Positions 20,599 to 30,052 of a DNA stretch of 64,000 bases are shown here, one piece after another; within the stretch, counting starts at the first letter, position 1, and each line of letters starts with the position of its first letter. Location of the stretch: contig JBILLK010000012.1 of the NCBI GenBank assembly GCA_044376115.1, positions 128,001 to 192,000 on the forward strand. Direction: 5' to 3'. Made by a program: the position numbers and the translations under genes. Source of the stretch: Polyangiaceae bacterium (lineage in GTDB: Bacteria > Myxococcota_A > Polyangia > Polyangiales > Polyangiaceae). Under the pieces are notes generated by a model. It saw nothing but the letters and a program-made list of their open reading frames with translations. It did not search any database and was not told where the DNA came from.

Positions 20599-21518
20599 TG
20601 CACCGGATCCGAGAGCACGAGCGAAACCCAACCATCTCGGTCGAAGGCGCGATCACCGCCCGTTTCTGTGCGCGTGACGTCAATCACCGAAAGTGGACGC
20701 GAGAGGTTGGTGAAGCGCTTCACCATCTCCGCCTCCTCGGCCAGCAGGATCCCAGAAAGAACCAGCTTTCCTCCAGGCGCAACACGCGCGACGAGCTCCT
20801 CCGCAATCGGGTCCAAAATTCGTGACTCGATGTTGGCCAACACCCAAGGGAACGTCCCTTCGACGTCGTCCACCACACCTGCGAAGGCCTGCATCCGACC
20901 TCGAAGCTCGTTGCGGTCAGCGTTCTCCAAAACGGTGTCGAGCACCTCCGCATCGTTGTCGAGTGCGACGACGCGCTCCGCTCCCAGCATCAACGCCACG
21001 AAGCTCAAGATGCCACTGCCACAACCAACGTCGAGCACGACAGCGCCCTGGAGCAGCTCCTTGTAGCGGTCCAAAGTACGAGCCACGAGCGACGTCGTGG
21101 CGTGCAAGCCCGTACCGAAGGCCCGCCCGGGCTCGAGAACAAGCACCTTCTCACCAGCTTGTGCCGAGTACTCCGCCCAAGGCGGCCGCACGACCAGCGA
21201 GGGAGTCAAGGCAAACGGCTCGTAGTATTTCTTCCACTCATCTCGCCATTCGTCGCCGACGATCTCTTCGATCGTTGCAGACTCGACCATGCCGCCCTCG
21301 AGGGCCAGGAGTTCATCCCGCGCAGCTTCCGCGTCGTCGTGTGAATCGAAGCTCGCAACCAGAAGAACCCGCCCATCGCCGGGGCCTTTTACGTAGGTCG
21401 ACTGGTCCCGCTCTTCGACGCCGGTGGCTCCAAGCTCAAAGAGCGCCCCTGAGAGGACGTCTGTATGAGGCTCTGTCGTTACGAGATGAAGGAACGGAAA
21501 ACGCGGCTTCTGTGTCAT
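20595..21518 (-). CDS. prmA: Ribosomal protein L11 methyltransferase PrmA
   Basis: WRDEWKKYY, LEPGRAFGTGLHATT, VLDVGCGSGIL, LVLSGIL. Confidence 0.95.
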   Translation of the reverse strand: MTQKPRFPFLHLVTTEPHTDVLSGALFELGATGVEERDQSTYVKGPGDGRVLLVASFDSHDDAEAARDELLALEGGMVESATIEEIVGDEWRDEWKKYYEPFALTPSLVVRPPWAEYSAQAGEKVLVLEPGRAFGTGLHATTSLVARTLDRYKELLQGAVVLDVGCGSGILSFVALMLGAERVVALDNDAEVLDTVLENADRNELRGRMQAFAGVVDDVEGTFPWVLANIESRILDPIAEELVARVAPGGKLVLSGILLAEEAEMVKRFTNLSRPLSVIDVTRTETGGDRAFDRDGWVSLVLSDPVQ

Positions 21519-22453
21519 TCTTTCACGCTGATTCGAACCGTGGACTCACTGCCACCGAGTTGCGTGGCAAGCACGGCTGTCAGTACTGCGCCACCAACCA
21601 CGGTGACGCCAATCGGAATCCAAAACCAAGGGCTCTCGACCACGCTCGAGCTCTCCTCGGGCACGACGATGCGCAGCGGAACCTCCGCGTCCCCGCGAGA
21701 CGAAAGCGGTAGCCCCGCCTTGTCTTTGGCTAGCACGTAGTACTCAACGAGCGGCGGCGTCACGAGCTCAGCAGGGATCTGCCCGCGAAAAGAGCCCATT
21801 GAATAGGCCAACGATTGCTCACTGAATTTACCTCCCTTCGCCGAACGAAAATAGAGGTCCACGGTCTCCACGCGCACATCGGGGTCGTCGATCGTTCCTT
21901 CGATTGGGACCGCGGTACCGGCTTCCACTTGGGCTGGCGACGCGTGTTTGATCACGACTGCCTTTGCCTCAGGGTCTCCGCCGCCCTCAACCTTTTTGCC
22001 AGGCTTTCCCTCTGCTTCCCAGGCGGCTTTTGACTTCTGGAAGAACTCGCGAAACTTTGGTGACTCGGTGGCGGGAAGCTCAAAGTTTTCATCGATTGCG
22101 TAGAGGGCCCGGACCGCTGCGTCCGCTTCCTCAGCACGCGACAATGCGATGTGATTCATGGCCAACAGCCGATAAGCAGCGATCTTCTCCGTGGGCGTCG
22201 AATCCCCGCGGACAACGATGCCGGAGAGCGTTTGAATCGACTCCTCGTAACGCTGATCATCAAAGAGATCGCTCGCTTTGGTGATCAGCGATCCGACGGT
22301 GGCGCGCTTTGGCGCGGCAGCCTGCGCCATCTTCCGTGGTTGCTTCCAGCGGGTCTTCGCTTCAGCGGGGGTTGCGACTGCGACCGCAAGCGAGAGCACC
22401 GAGAGGCCCACTACGCCACGCCAAAGCCGAGCACCACTCAACCAATGCTTCAT
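21515..22453 (-). CDS. Exported protein: signal peptide, TPR-like helices, Ig-like domain, C-terminal SPWFWI-TM tail
   Basis: Signal peptide ending AEA; helical region; beta region (PLVEYYV); C-terminal hydrophobic segment. Overlaps the prmA start by 4 bp. Confidence 0.75.
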   Translation of the reverse strand: MKHWLSGARLWRGVVGLSVLSLAVAVATPAEAKTRWKQPRKMAQAAAPKRATVGSLITKASDLFDDQRYEESIQTLSGIVVRGDSTPTEKIAAYRLLAMNHIALSRAEEADAAVRALYAIDENFELPATESPKFREFFQKSKAAWEAEGKPGKKVEGGGDPEAKAVVIKHASPAQVEAGTAVPIEGTIDDPDVRVETVDLYFRSAKGGKFSEQSLAYSMGSFRGQIPAELVTPPLVEYYVLAKDKAGLPLSSRGDAEVPLRIVVPEESSSVVESPWFWIPIGVTVVGGAVLTAVLATQLGGSESTVRISVKE

Positions 22454-22463
22454 CGCGGAAAGG

Positions 22464-22640
22464 TTACTCGTCCGGCTTGCGCGGGGAAAGAGCTCCCTTC
22501 GAACCACCCTTGGGCTCGTAGGGACAATGACGACAGCCTGAGTTGCAACACGTCCCCCGTTTCAGATGGTACGCCTCAGTGAAAACGTACTTACCATCCT
22601 CGACGTAGTAGTCCGTGCCTTCCAACAGCGGGGTCTTCAT
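22464..22640 (-). CDS. Small Cys-rich protein, DUF5522-like (58 aa)
   Basis: DYYVEDGKYVFTEAYHLKRGTCCNSGCRHCPY; start ATG 22640. Confidence 0.8.
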   Translation of the reverse strand: MKTPLLEGTDYYVEDGKYVFTEAYHLKRGTCCNSGCRHCPYEPKGGSKGALSPRKPDE

Positions 22641-24499
22641 TGAAGCTTTGTCGCCACACGAGTCTACCAGCCAGTGCCCGCTCGTTCGATCGGCCTCGTT
22701 CGAGTTGCGCTGGGCCGCAGAGCCCAGCTCGTAGCCTGCTGCTCGGTGCAGTGTTGCTGAGTGGTTGCGACGGCTGCAAGCGGGATAAGCCTTTCGTTCC
22801 TTTTTCAATGTCGGCGAGCCCTTCCGCAAGCGTTGAGACGTCGGCCGTCGTCCCCCCCAGCGCATCGGCGGCGCCGACATTCGCCCGGGTGGAGGCCTCT
22901 GCCCCAACAGGGGATCCGCGCAAACTCAGCTTCGGCGATCATTCGTTCAGCAGTCGCGCAGGCCGCGTCTTTCGCTTTGGAATGTTGCTCGCCCCCACCG
23001 ATGAGCGGCTGCTTGCATGGATCGAGAAGCCCACGTCCGCGGCAGGCGAGCTGGTCTTGCTGAGCTCCGATGGCAGAGAGACGAGCTTGTATCGGCTGCC
23101 GGCGAACTCCGACATCGAGCACTGTGCGCACCGCACGACGCTCAATCAAATTGGAGAGCGAGTGTTCTCGCTTTCGCTCGACCTCACGTGCGGCGATAGC
23201 CCAGTGCGCCAAACCTTGGTGGTGCTTCGCAATGAGACCGTCGTTGATGCGACAGGCGCCTCAACGGGAGAGGTCGCGGTTCGACTCGAGGCCGACGCAG
23301 TCAGTCCCATGCGACTCTCCGCTTCAACGCGCGACCACGACGCCGACGGGACGGCCGACCTGATCCTTTCCACGTCGCTGCGCGATGGCCCCCAAGTGCT
23401 GAGCCCCGTGGCCGACCTTCTCTACTTGGATCGGCCGACCGGCTTCGCTGCTGATCCATCCGAACCCGAGGCCTCACTCGGCAAACACGGAAAGGCGCTG
23501 CTGAGTCATGCGGTCGCGAAGAAGGAGACCACGCTCGAAAGCGCCCGTGCGACGCTGAGATTCGCGACCGCGTTTTGCGGTGATGCTGGCAAAAGCCGCG
23601 TCAGCACCTCGGCGGGCGTACCCAAGTGCAAGGAATCAAGGGTATTCGGGGATGCGCTGCACGCGATGGCCATCAGCTACGACCACAAGGGTGACCTGCT
23701 TCGAACGGTTTCAGCATCCGAAATCGCGGGTTCTCTCAAGTTCGAGTACGGGCGAGTCACCCAAATCGAACAGCTCTTCGCGAAAAAACTGACAAAAGTC
23801 TCCGCGACGGCCAAGCCCCTCGAGGTCGCTGCGATCTCCAAGTGGCCCAACGCCGAGCTGCGCTTCGATGCAGAGGGAAAGCTCTCGGCACGCACTTCAA
23901 CTGGCTGGGCAACCGTCGACCTCGCCAGCACCGCTGATAGCGCCCCTGCCTTCGATGATCCTCCTTCCGCAGCCACGTTCGGCAGTGGGGACAGCACCGT
24001 CACGTTGGAGGGCGCAGCGCGAAGCTGCGCTCCGCCCAAAACGCAACTATCGACTACTGCACGCGGCGCACTTCAGAACACCGAGGTCGAGTTGATGGGG
24101 AGCGGGATTCCCTGGGCTATCCGCAAGGATAGCTGCACCAGCTCGTTCCCTGCGCTTTCGCTGGTCTCGCTCGCTGAACCCAAAGCCGTGGTCACGGTCG
24201 ACGGTGAAGCGATCGAACTCACGTATGGCGATTCGGGTGTGATGGCCACCGCTGCACCCTTTTCACCGGCCAACGGCTCGGAGGTATGGGCAGTACCGTT
24301 GCTACGCTCGGTGATTGTCGGGCGCGGTACAACCCGCGAACGTTGGATGGGCAAGGAGATGGAGGGGCTTCACTCGTGCAAAGCGTCAGCCGATGGGAAG
24401 TCGGTTGCGTGCATTCGCGATACCCGTGTGGTGGTTCTTGCTCGGGACGTAGGCAAGCCCTCACCGAAGTCGCCAGCCAAGGGCGCTGCGCCACGCTGA
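22640..24499 (+). CDS. Hypothetical lipoprotein
   Basis: 619-aa ORF; hydrophobic stretch with lipobox LSGC, then a Ser/Ala/Pro linker and several Cys. True start probably slightly downstream. Confidence 0.7.
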   Translation: MKLCRHTSLPASARSFDRPRSSCAGPQSPARSLLLGAVLLSGCDGCKRDKPFVPFSMSASPSASVETSAVVPPSASAAPTFARVEASAPTGDPRKLSFGDHSFSSRAGRVFRFGMLLAPTDERLLAWIEKPTSAAGELVLLSSDGRETSLYRLPANSDIEHCAHRTTLNQIGERVFSLSLDLTCGDSPVRQTLVVLRNETVVDATGASTGEVAVRLEADAVSPMRLSASTRDHDADGTADLILSTSLRDGPQVLSPVADLLYLDRPTGFAADPSEPEASLGKHGKALLSHAVAKKETTLESARATLRFATAFCGDAGKSRVSTSAGVPKCKESRVFGDALHAMAISYDHKGDLLRTVSASEIAGSLKFEYGRVTQIEQLFAKKLTKVSATAKPLEVAAISKWPNAELRFDAEGKLSARTSTGWATVDLASTADSAPAFDDPPSAATFGSGDSTVTLEGAARSCAPPKTQLSTTARGALQNTEVELMGSGIPWAIRKDSCTSSFPALSLVSLAEPKAVVTVDGEAIELTYGDSGVMATAAPFSPANGSEVWAVPLLRSVIVGRGTTRERWMGKEMEGLHSCKASADGKSVACIRDTRVVVLARDVGKPSPKSPAKGAAPR

Positions 24500-24508
24500 G
24501 CGAGCTGC

Positions 24509-24545
24509 AAAAGCCCGATGGCCCGCAATTGCGAGCCATCAGCCT
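24509..24545 (-). terminator. Rho-independent terminator after efp
   Basis: Minus strand AGGCTGATGGCTCGC-AATT-GCGGGCCATCGGGCT followed by TTT, just downstream of the efp stop. Confidence 0.7.
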
Positions 24546-24566
24546 GACGAACTGTAAAGCGCTGGG

Positions 24567-25130
24567 TCAGCGCTTGTTGACTCGTTCGATGTACTTGCCT
24601 TCGCGTGTATCGACCCGAACCCACTCACCCTCGCTTACGAAGAGCGGGACGTTCACAGTCGCGCCCGTCGAGAGCGTAGCGGGCTTGGTCGCACCGCTGG
24701 CGGTGTCCCCCTTGATACCAGGCTCGCTGGAGGTGATCTGCAAGGTCACCGAGGCGGGTAGAGTGACGCCGATCGGCTGGCCATTCCACAGCGTGACGTC
24801 AATCGTCATACCGTCGCTGAGCCACTGGGCCTCCTCCTCCATCTTGTCCCCAGGCACCATCACCTGCTCACCCGACGACTCGTGCATGAACACGTAGTTC
24901 TCGCCGTCTTGGTAGATGTACTGGAGCTGACGCTCTTCGATATCCGCCTTCTCGAGCTTCTCCCCGGACTTGTAGGTCCGCTCTAGAACCGAGCCGTCCA
25001 CCATGCTCTTGACCTTCACGCGTGTGAACGCTTGGCCCTTGCCTGGCTTGACGAACTGGAAATCAACGACGGAATACGGCTTCCCGTCGATCATCAACTT
25101 AACGCCCTTGCGGATTTCGCTTGTGTCCAT
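24567..25130 (-). CDS. efp: Elongation factor P
   Basis: VKPGKGQAF, EPGIKGDTASGATKPA, VPLFV, RVDTREGKYIER. Confidence 0.98.
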   Translation of the reverse strand: MDTSEIRKGVKLMIDGKPYSVVDFQFVKPGKGQAFTRVKVKSMVDGSVLERTYKSGEKLEKADIEERQLQYIYQDGENYVFMHESSGEQVMVPGDKMEEEAQWLSDGMTIDVTLWNGQPIGVTLPASVTLQITSSEPGIKGDTASGATKPATLSTGATVNVPLFVSEGEWVRVDTREGKYIERVNKR

Positions 25131-25241
25131 GTCGAACCTTGAAAGGAAAGGACGCTTACTTGGCCCTTTGAGCTGGCCTCATTACCACACGGGAGGGCGC
25201 GCTGAGCAGTTTTCCGCTGCAGGCCGTTTTCTTGGCCCCCA

Positions 25242-26102
25242 ATGGATGACATCGACGAGGAGCTAGTTGAAATAAAGCGCGAGATTGTCGAGTCGCGTGG
25301 TCTCATCATCAAGACCAACAATCTGACGAGCGCGCTCGCGGCCGACCTCAGGATCGTCGCCAAACGACAGCAATCCTTTGAACGCACGGCGTTCTTCAAC
25401 AGCGCTTTCGCCTTCGCGATCTTTGCAGCGGTATTGGTAGGCGCCGTCTACTTCGCGTGGAACGCACGCGTGGACAGCATCGTAAAGAGCACCGAGGGCG
25501 AGCGCGAGAAAGCCAAGAAGTCCATCGACGAGCTGGAGACGCTAAAAAAGGAGCTCGAGACTCGATCAGCGACCGAAAGCGCGGCACTTGCGTTCTATGA
25601 ACTGGCTCGCACCGGTCGACGGCGCGACGTGATCGAGGCCTTCGGCAAACTACGAGAAAAGCCCCTCACCCGCGCCGAACTCCTGATGTTCACCGACCTA
25701 GTCGAGAAGGCTCGCAGCGACCTATCGGTCGAGAACTACCAGGCCGCGATGGACCACACGCGTGGCGGGCGCTGGAACGAAGCCGCAAAGGCGTTCGAGG
25801 AGTCCCTCGCGCTTTCAGAAAACGGTTCTCACGTCCCGAGCGTGAAGCTCGAGCTGGCCAAGACGCTGCGCAAGCTACGCCGACATCGCGAAGCCATTGC
25901 CATTCTAACGCCGCTCTCGGAGTCGTCACCCAACCCGGAGGTTCTCGACGACGCCATGATGCTCCTCGCCGAATGTTTGATGGATATCGAGGCGTACAAC
26001 GACGCACGAACAACGCTGCGTACATTCATTCGTCGGTTCCCAGACAGTCCCATGGTTCGCGACGCGAACATGGCGCTGTCTGATTTGAACCTAAAGCGAT
26101 GA
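25242..26102 (+). CDS. Membrane-anchored coiled-coil/TPR protein (CpoB/YbgF-like C-terminus)
   Basis: N-terminal coiled coil, TM, coiled coil, then TPRs ending FIRRFPDS. Confidence 0.75.
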   Translation: MDDIDEELVEIKREIVESRGLIIKTNNLTSALAADLRIVAKRQQSFERTAFFNSAFAFAIFAAVLVGAVYFAWNARVDSIVKSTEGEREKAKKSIDELETLKKELETRSATESAALAFYELARTGRRRDVIEAFGKLREKPLTRAELLMFTDLVEKARSDLSVENYQAAMDHTRGGRWNEAAKAFEESLALSENGSHVPSVKLELAKTLRKLRRHREAIAILTPLSESSPNPEVLDDAMMLLAECLMDIEAYNDARTTLRTFIRRFPDSPMVRDANMALSDLNLKR

Positions 26103-26108
26103 TGCGCA

Positions 26109-27281
26109 CTACCCGCGCGGCGGGATCGGCAGTCGAACGATAAAGACAGAGCCGACCGGCGAGCGATTCCTCGCGTACACCGAGCCACCGTGACCATGGA
26201 CGATGGTCCTCACGATATTGAGGCCAAGGCCGTTGCCGCCGCCTTCTCCACGGGTCGTGAAGTACGCCTCGAACAATTTGTCGAGGTGCTCCTCGGGAAT
26301 TCCGTGCCCCTCATCGGATACAGCGACCTCAACCATGCCATCCGTGGGGGCCTCGCTCGTGCATACCCGCAACAGGCCACCGCGTTCCATCGCCTGGCAC
26401 GCGTTGGTCAACAGGTTTACGAACACCTGCGTCAAGGGGCCATGCAACCCACGAATCGGCGGCAAGTCCCCGAAGACAAGCTCCAACCGGACGTTACTCG
26501 CTTCCAGAACATGGTCACAAAACTGAACGGCGCGCTCGATCACCTCGTGGAGGCTGAGCAGCGATGGGTCAGCGGTGGAAGGTCTCGAGTACGCCACTAG
26601 CTCGCGAGTGAAGTTCAAGACACGCGTCGCCGCCTCGGAAATGCGGGCGAGCCGATCGCGGTCAACGACATCGATGGCTCCAACCTCCCAACGCTTTCGT
26701 AAGAGGTCAGCGTAGGCCACGATCGAAGTCAGCGGGTTGTTGAGCTCGTGCACGATGCTCGCCGCCATTCTTCCAAGTCCGGCAAGCTTGTCGCTCTGCA
26801 CGGCCTTGTCGCGCAAGGAGTTCACCTCGCCTGCATCCAGCCGAAGACTCGTAACGAACCTTGAGCGTCGAACGAGCGCACCGACCGCTAGTACGAGCGC
26901 GTCAAGATCGTGAGTCGGTAGCGGTTCAGCTCCGTCCCACAGCGCAACATGGACTGTCGCTTCGGGCTCAGCGGCCAGCGGAAAGATGGCCTCATGATCG
27001 AGTTCGGGGAACAGCCGGGCTGCATCAGTGGCCCGCGGCAAGCTGGGCCGCGGAGCGTGCCGCACGATGAGCTGGCGTCCCTCAACTTGAGGCACGCATA
27101 CGCCGATGCACACATCCTCGTCACCTTCAGCAAACGTCGATACCAGCGCGTACAGGCCGTCTTCCAAATCGATGTCCGGAGACAATGACGCCAGCTGCGC
27201 CAAAACGCGCTCGCTGCGACCGCTCCCAGCGAGCACCATCGTTTCCTCTAGCCTGTCACGGCCACTCTGAACGTCGGTCAC
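26109..27281 (-). CDS. Cytoplasmic sensor histidine kinase (NtrB-like)
   Basis: H-box SIVHELNNPL, N-box QVFVNLLTNA, DEGHGI, GNGLGL. Confidence 0.93.
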   Translation of the reverse strand: MTDVQSGRDRLEETMVLAGSGRSERVLAQLASLSPDIDLEDGLYALVSTFAEGDEDVCIGVCVPQVEGRQLIVRHAPRPSLPRATDAARLFPELDHEAIFPLAAEPEATVHVALWDGAEPLPTHDLDALVLAVGALVRRSRFVTSLRLDAGEVNSLRDKAVQSDKLAGLGRMAASIVHELNNPLTSIVAYADLLRKRWEVGAIDVVDRDRLARISEAATRVLNFTRELVAYSRPSTADPSLLSLHEVIERAVQFCDHVLEASNVRLELVFGDLPPIRGLHGPLTQVFVNLLTNACQAMERGGLLRVCTSEAPTDGMVEVAVSDEGHGIPEEHLDKLFEAYFTTRGEGGGNGLGLNIVRTIVHGHGGSVYARNRSPVGSVFIVRLPIPPRG

Positions 27282-29299
27282 GAGTCATCCTCCACAGAGC
27301 GGTCCAGGTCGATGATCTTTGCCTCTCCCACGTAGGCCTTGGTCTCGTACTTGGTTATCTTGCCGACCTTGCGCACAATCTCTGCCATTCGTTGCGCCTC
27401 GCGGACCAACGCCTCTGTCTCACGAAGATGTGGCTGAGCTGCCTGGGCTCTTCGGCTGATGATCTCCGCATACCCAAGCACGCTGGTAAGCGGCTGATTG
27501 AGTTCGTGCGCAGCAGCGCCAGCGAGCTCCGCGATCAGCGACTCTTTCTCTCGGTTTCGGAGTTCCTCCTGAGCTGCATCAAGCTTCGCTTGCATACGGC
27601 GCCGCTCGCGCAGGTCCGTAAGAACACCAACGGAGCCAACGACTACGCCCTGATGGATGATCAGCGCGGCCGATATCAACACGGGAATTCTCTCGCCCTG
27701 CTTGCCGCGAACCTCTGTCTCAAATCCCTCTAGTCGCCCGTAGCCACCACGCTCCTGACTCCGCATCAGGCTCATGATTTCGCGGGCAAGCGATCCCTCA
27801 TACAGCTCTCGAACGTTGAGCTTGCCTACAACTTCATTTGACGCATACCCAAAGACACGCTCGGCGGCTCGATTGAACAGCAGCAAGTTACCAGCGATGT
27901 CCGCAGAAATGATGGCGTCAACCGAGCTATCGATCACTCGCTCGAGGAACTCCTTGGTATTGGTGAGTTCTCGTTCGGTTGAGCGCTCCTGGGTTACATC
28001 GCGACAGCTGAGCAGGATCGCCCGCTCGTCGTCTTTCTGCTCGCTCATCATTGCGACCAGGCTCACCGAGATCGTCCGCACTTGCCCGCGGGCCTGCACC
28101 TCGAAGTCCGTCGCCCGGGAGAGGCGCGACGACGGGCCTGCATCGGTCACCAATTCGCCGATCAGTAGCGTCAACTTCCGACGACCTTCCTCGGTGAGCC
28201 AGTCGAAGAAGGAGGCGTTGGCAAAGTCATGGAGCCGATCTCCCAACATTTCACGGGCTCGGGGATTCGAGAACAGCACGTTCGCCAGTTCATCGACCAC
28301 GAGGATGCCGTCAGCAGAAGCATGGAAAAAGTCTGCGTAAGGCTCAAGCGCGCGGATGCGCCGCTCTGCCTCGAAACGCAAGTAGGTGCTTTCCCGAGTC
28401 TGGTCTCTCAGGCTCTGCATGATGCGTGCGTTACGAAGCGCAATAGCGGTCGCGCTCGCTACAGTCCGGACCAAGGACAACTCTTCGAGCTTGGGGCCTC
28501 GACTGCTCTGACTCCTAAGGAAGAGGACGCCGAGCGGTCGCTCCTCGTACACGATTGGAATACAAACCGCCGACTTGAACGCCTCCTTCGGAATGGTCGT
28601 CCGCACGACGTCGAGCATCGGATCGGTGGCGGCGTCGTCGATGATCAGCGGCGCACCGGTCTCAAGGACCTTTCGAATCTCGGGGTATTTGTCCAAGTCG
28701 ATTGGCAGATCGCGCAACTCACGATCATCTGACGCTGCGACCACGTAGCCCACGCGCCCTTCATCTCGGACGAGCACGATGCTGCAGCGTTCAACCTTCA
28801 CCACGTCGGCGATGCGACGAACCACGGTGTACAGAATTTCGCGAAAATCGAGGGTTGAAGACAACGTTTGCGTGAGTTCAAGCACCACCCGAGCATCGCG
28901 CTCACGACGCGCCAACATATCGACGTACTCGCGCAGCCGAAGCAAGCTCCGGATACGCGCGATCAGCTCGGCGCTCTTGAAGGGCTTGCGAAGAAAGTCG
29001 TCAGCCCCCATCTCGAAGGCCCGCGTTACCTCTTCGTCGCGATCTGCCGCGGTAAGGACGATGACTGGAAGCTCGTGAGTCTGCTCCGATGATCGAATCG
29101 CTCGAAGCACGGAGTAGCCATCGGGGGGTGGCATCATCAGGTCCAACAGCGCGAGTTTCGCCTCATGCTGCCGCAGCCATGCCATCGCTTCATGACCAGA
29201 GGTCACGGCGACGCAGGGCAACCCCGCGCGTTCCAACGCCTGCGCAATAACCCGACGAGAGACGGCGTCATCATCAAGGATAAGAATTGGGGCTGACAC
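27278..29299 (-). CDS. Receiver-GAF-PAS-PAS-HisKA protein lacking HATPase domain
   Basis: Receiver LDDD...LLDLMMP...KPF; GAF; two PAS domains; ends AAAHELNQPL...YVGEAKIIDL with no ATP-binding domain. Start 29299 or 29344. Confidence 0.88.
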   Translation of the reverse strand: MSAPILILDDDAVSRRVIAQALERAGLPCVAVTSGHEAMAWLRQHEAKLALLDLMMPPPDGYSVLRAIRSSEQTHELPVIVLTAADRDEEVTRAFEMGADDFLRKPFKSAELIARIRSLLRLREYVDMLARRERDARVVLELTQTLSSTLDFREILYTVVRRIADVVKVERCSIVLVRDEGRVGYVVAASDDRELRDLPIDLDKYPEIRKVLETGAPLIIDDAATDPMLDVVRTTIPKEAFKSAVCIPIVYEERPLGVLFLRSQSSRGPKLEELSLVRTVASATAIALRNARIMQSLRDQTRESTYLRFEAERRIRALEPYADFFHASADGILVVDELANVLFSNPRAREMLGDRLHDFANASFFDWLTEEGRRKLTLLIGELVTDAGPSSRLSRATDFEVQARGQVRTISVSLVAMMSEQKDDERAILLSCRDVTQERSTERELTNTKEFLERVIDSSVDAIISADIAGNLLLFNRAAERVFGYASNEVVGKLNVRELYEGSLAREIMSLMRSQERGGYGRLEGFETEVRGKQGERIPVLISAALIIHQGVVVGSVGVLTDLRERRRMQAKLDAAQEELRNREKESLIAELAGAAAHELNQPLTSVLGYAEIISRRAQAAQPHLRETEALVREAQRMAEIVRKVGKITKYETKAYVGEAKIIDLDRSVEDDS

Positions 29300-29453
29300 G
29301 CGAGCAGTAGGGTAGCGAAACCGCACTCCCTTTGTGAAATTCACCGCTGTGTATGGCGCGATGGTCTCCTCATCAAGCCCTCTCGATTTGCGAGCTCACG
29401 ACAAACGAGCATACCGAGACCAGCCCGCGTAAGATGCTCGCAATGGTTTCTTC

Positions 29454-30044
29454 GTGAGACAGCCGCGCGTTCTTGTCACCGGGTTCGGTCCTTTTCTCGA
29501 CAACGCCGTAAATCCTTCCGAAAGCCTTGCCCGCGAACTCGATGGGCAAAATCTTGAGGGGACAACGTTCATTGCGCTCGCACCGCTCCCGGTCGCCTAC
29601 GCGACAGCCGCTGACATCGTGGCTGCCCGCGCAGCAACGCTCGACGTCGGCGCCATCCTGCTGCTGGGACTAGCCTCGACGAGTCCGCAGATTCGCGTGG
29701 AAACCACCGGCCGGAACGTGTCGACCTGCGCGCATCCCGACGCCCGAGGGGTCAAGAAGCTGGGGGAAGTCACGATCCCCGGAGAGCCTGCGCAGCTCTC
29801 GACCCGGCTCGACGCCAAGCGAGTCGTGGCAACGCTCTTGCAAAACGGAGTCGACGCAAGGGTCAGTGATGATGCTGGCGGCTACGTGTGCAACGACGTT
29901 TACTTCCGTACCCTGAGCGGAGAACGAATGAGCGGAGAACGGCCCTGCTTGTTTGTTCACGTTCCCCCGGGCGCGGAGCAACAGCCCGGTCTAGCGCTGA
30001 TGCTTGGCCGCGCGTTTCTTTCGGGTTTCACTTCGCGAACCTGA
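29454..30044 (+). CDS. pcp: Pyroglutamyl peptidase I (C15)
   Basis: VLVTGFGPF, NPS, RVE, SDDAGGYVCN, FVHVP (Glu-Cys-His triad). Confidence 0.92.
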   Translation: MRQPRVLVTGFGPFLDNAVNPSESLARELDGQNLEGTTFIALAPLPVAYATAADIVAARAATLDVGAILLLGLASTSPQIRVETTGRNVSTCAHPDARGVKKLGEVTIPGEPAQLSTRLDAKRVVATLLQNGVDARVSDDAGGYVCNDVYFRTLSGERMSGERPCLFVHVPPGAEQQPGLALMLGRAFLSGFTSRT

Positions 30045-30052
30045 GCCCAGGA

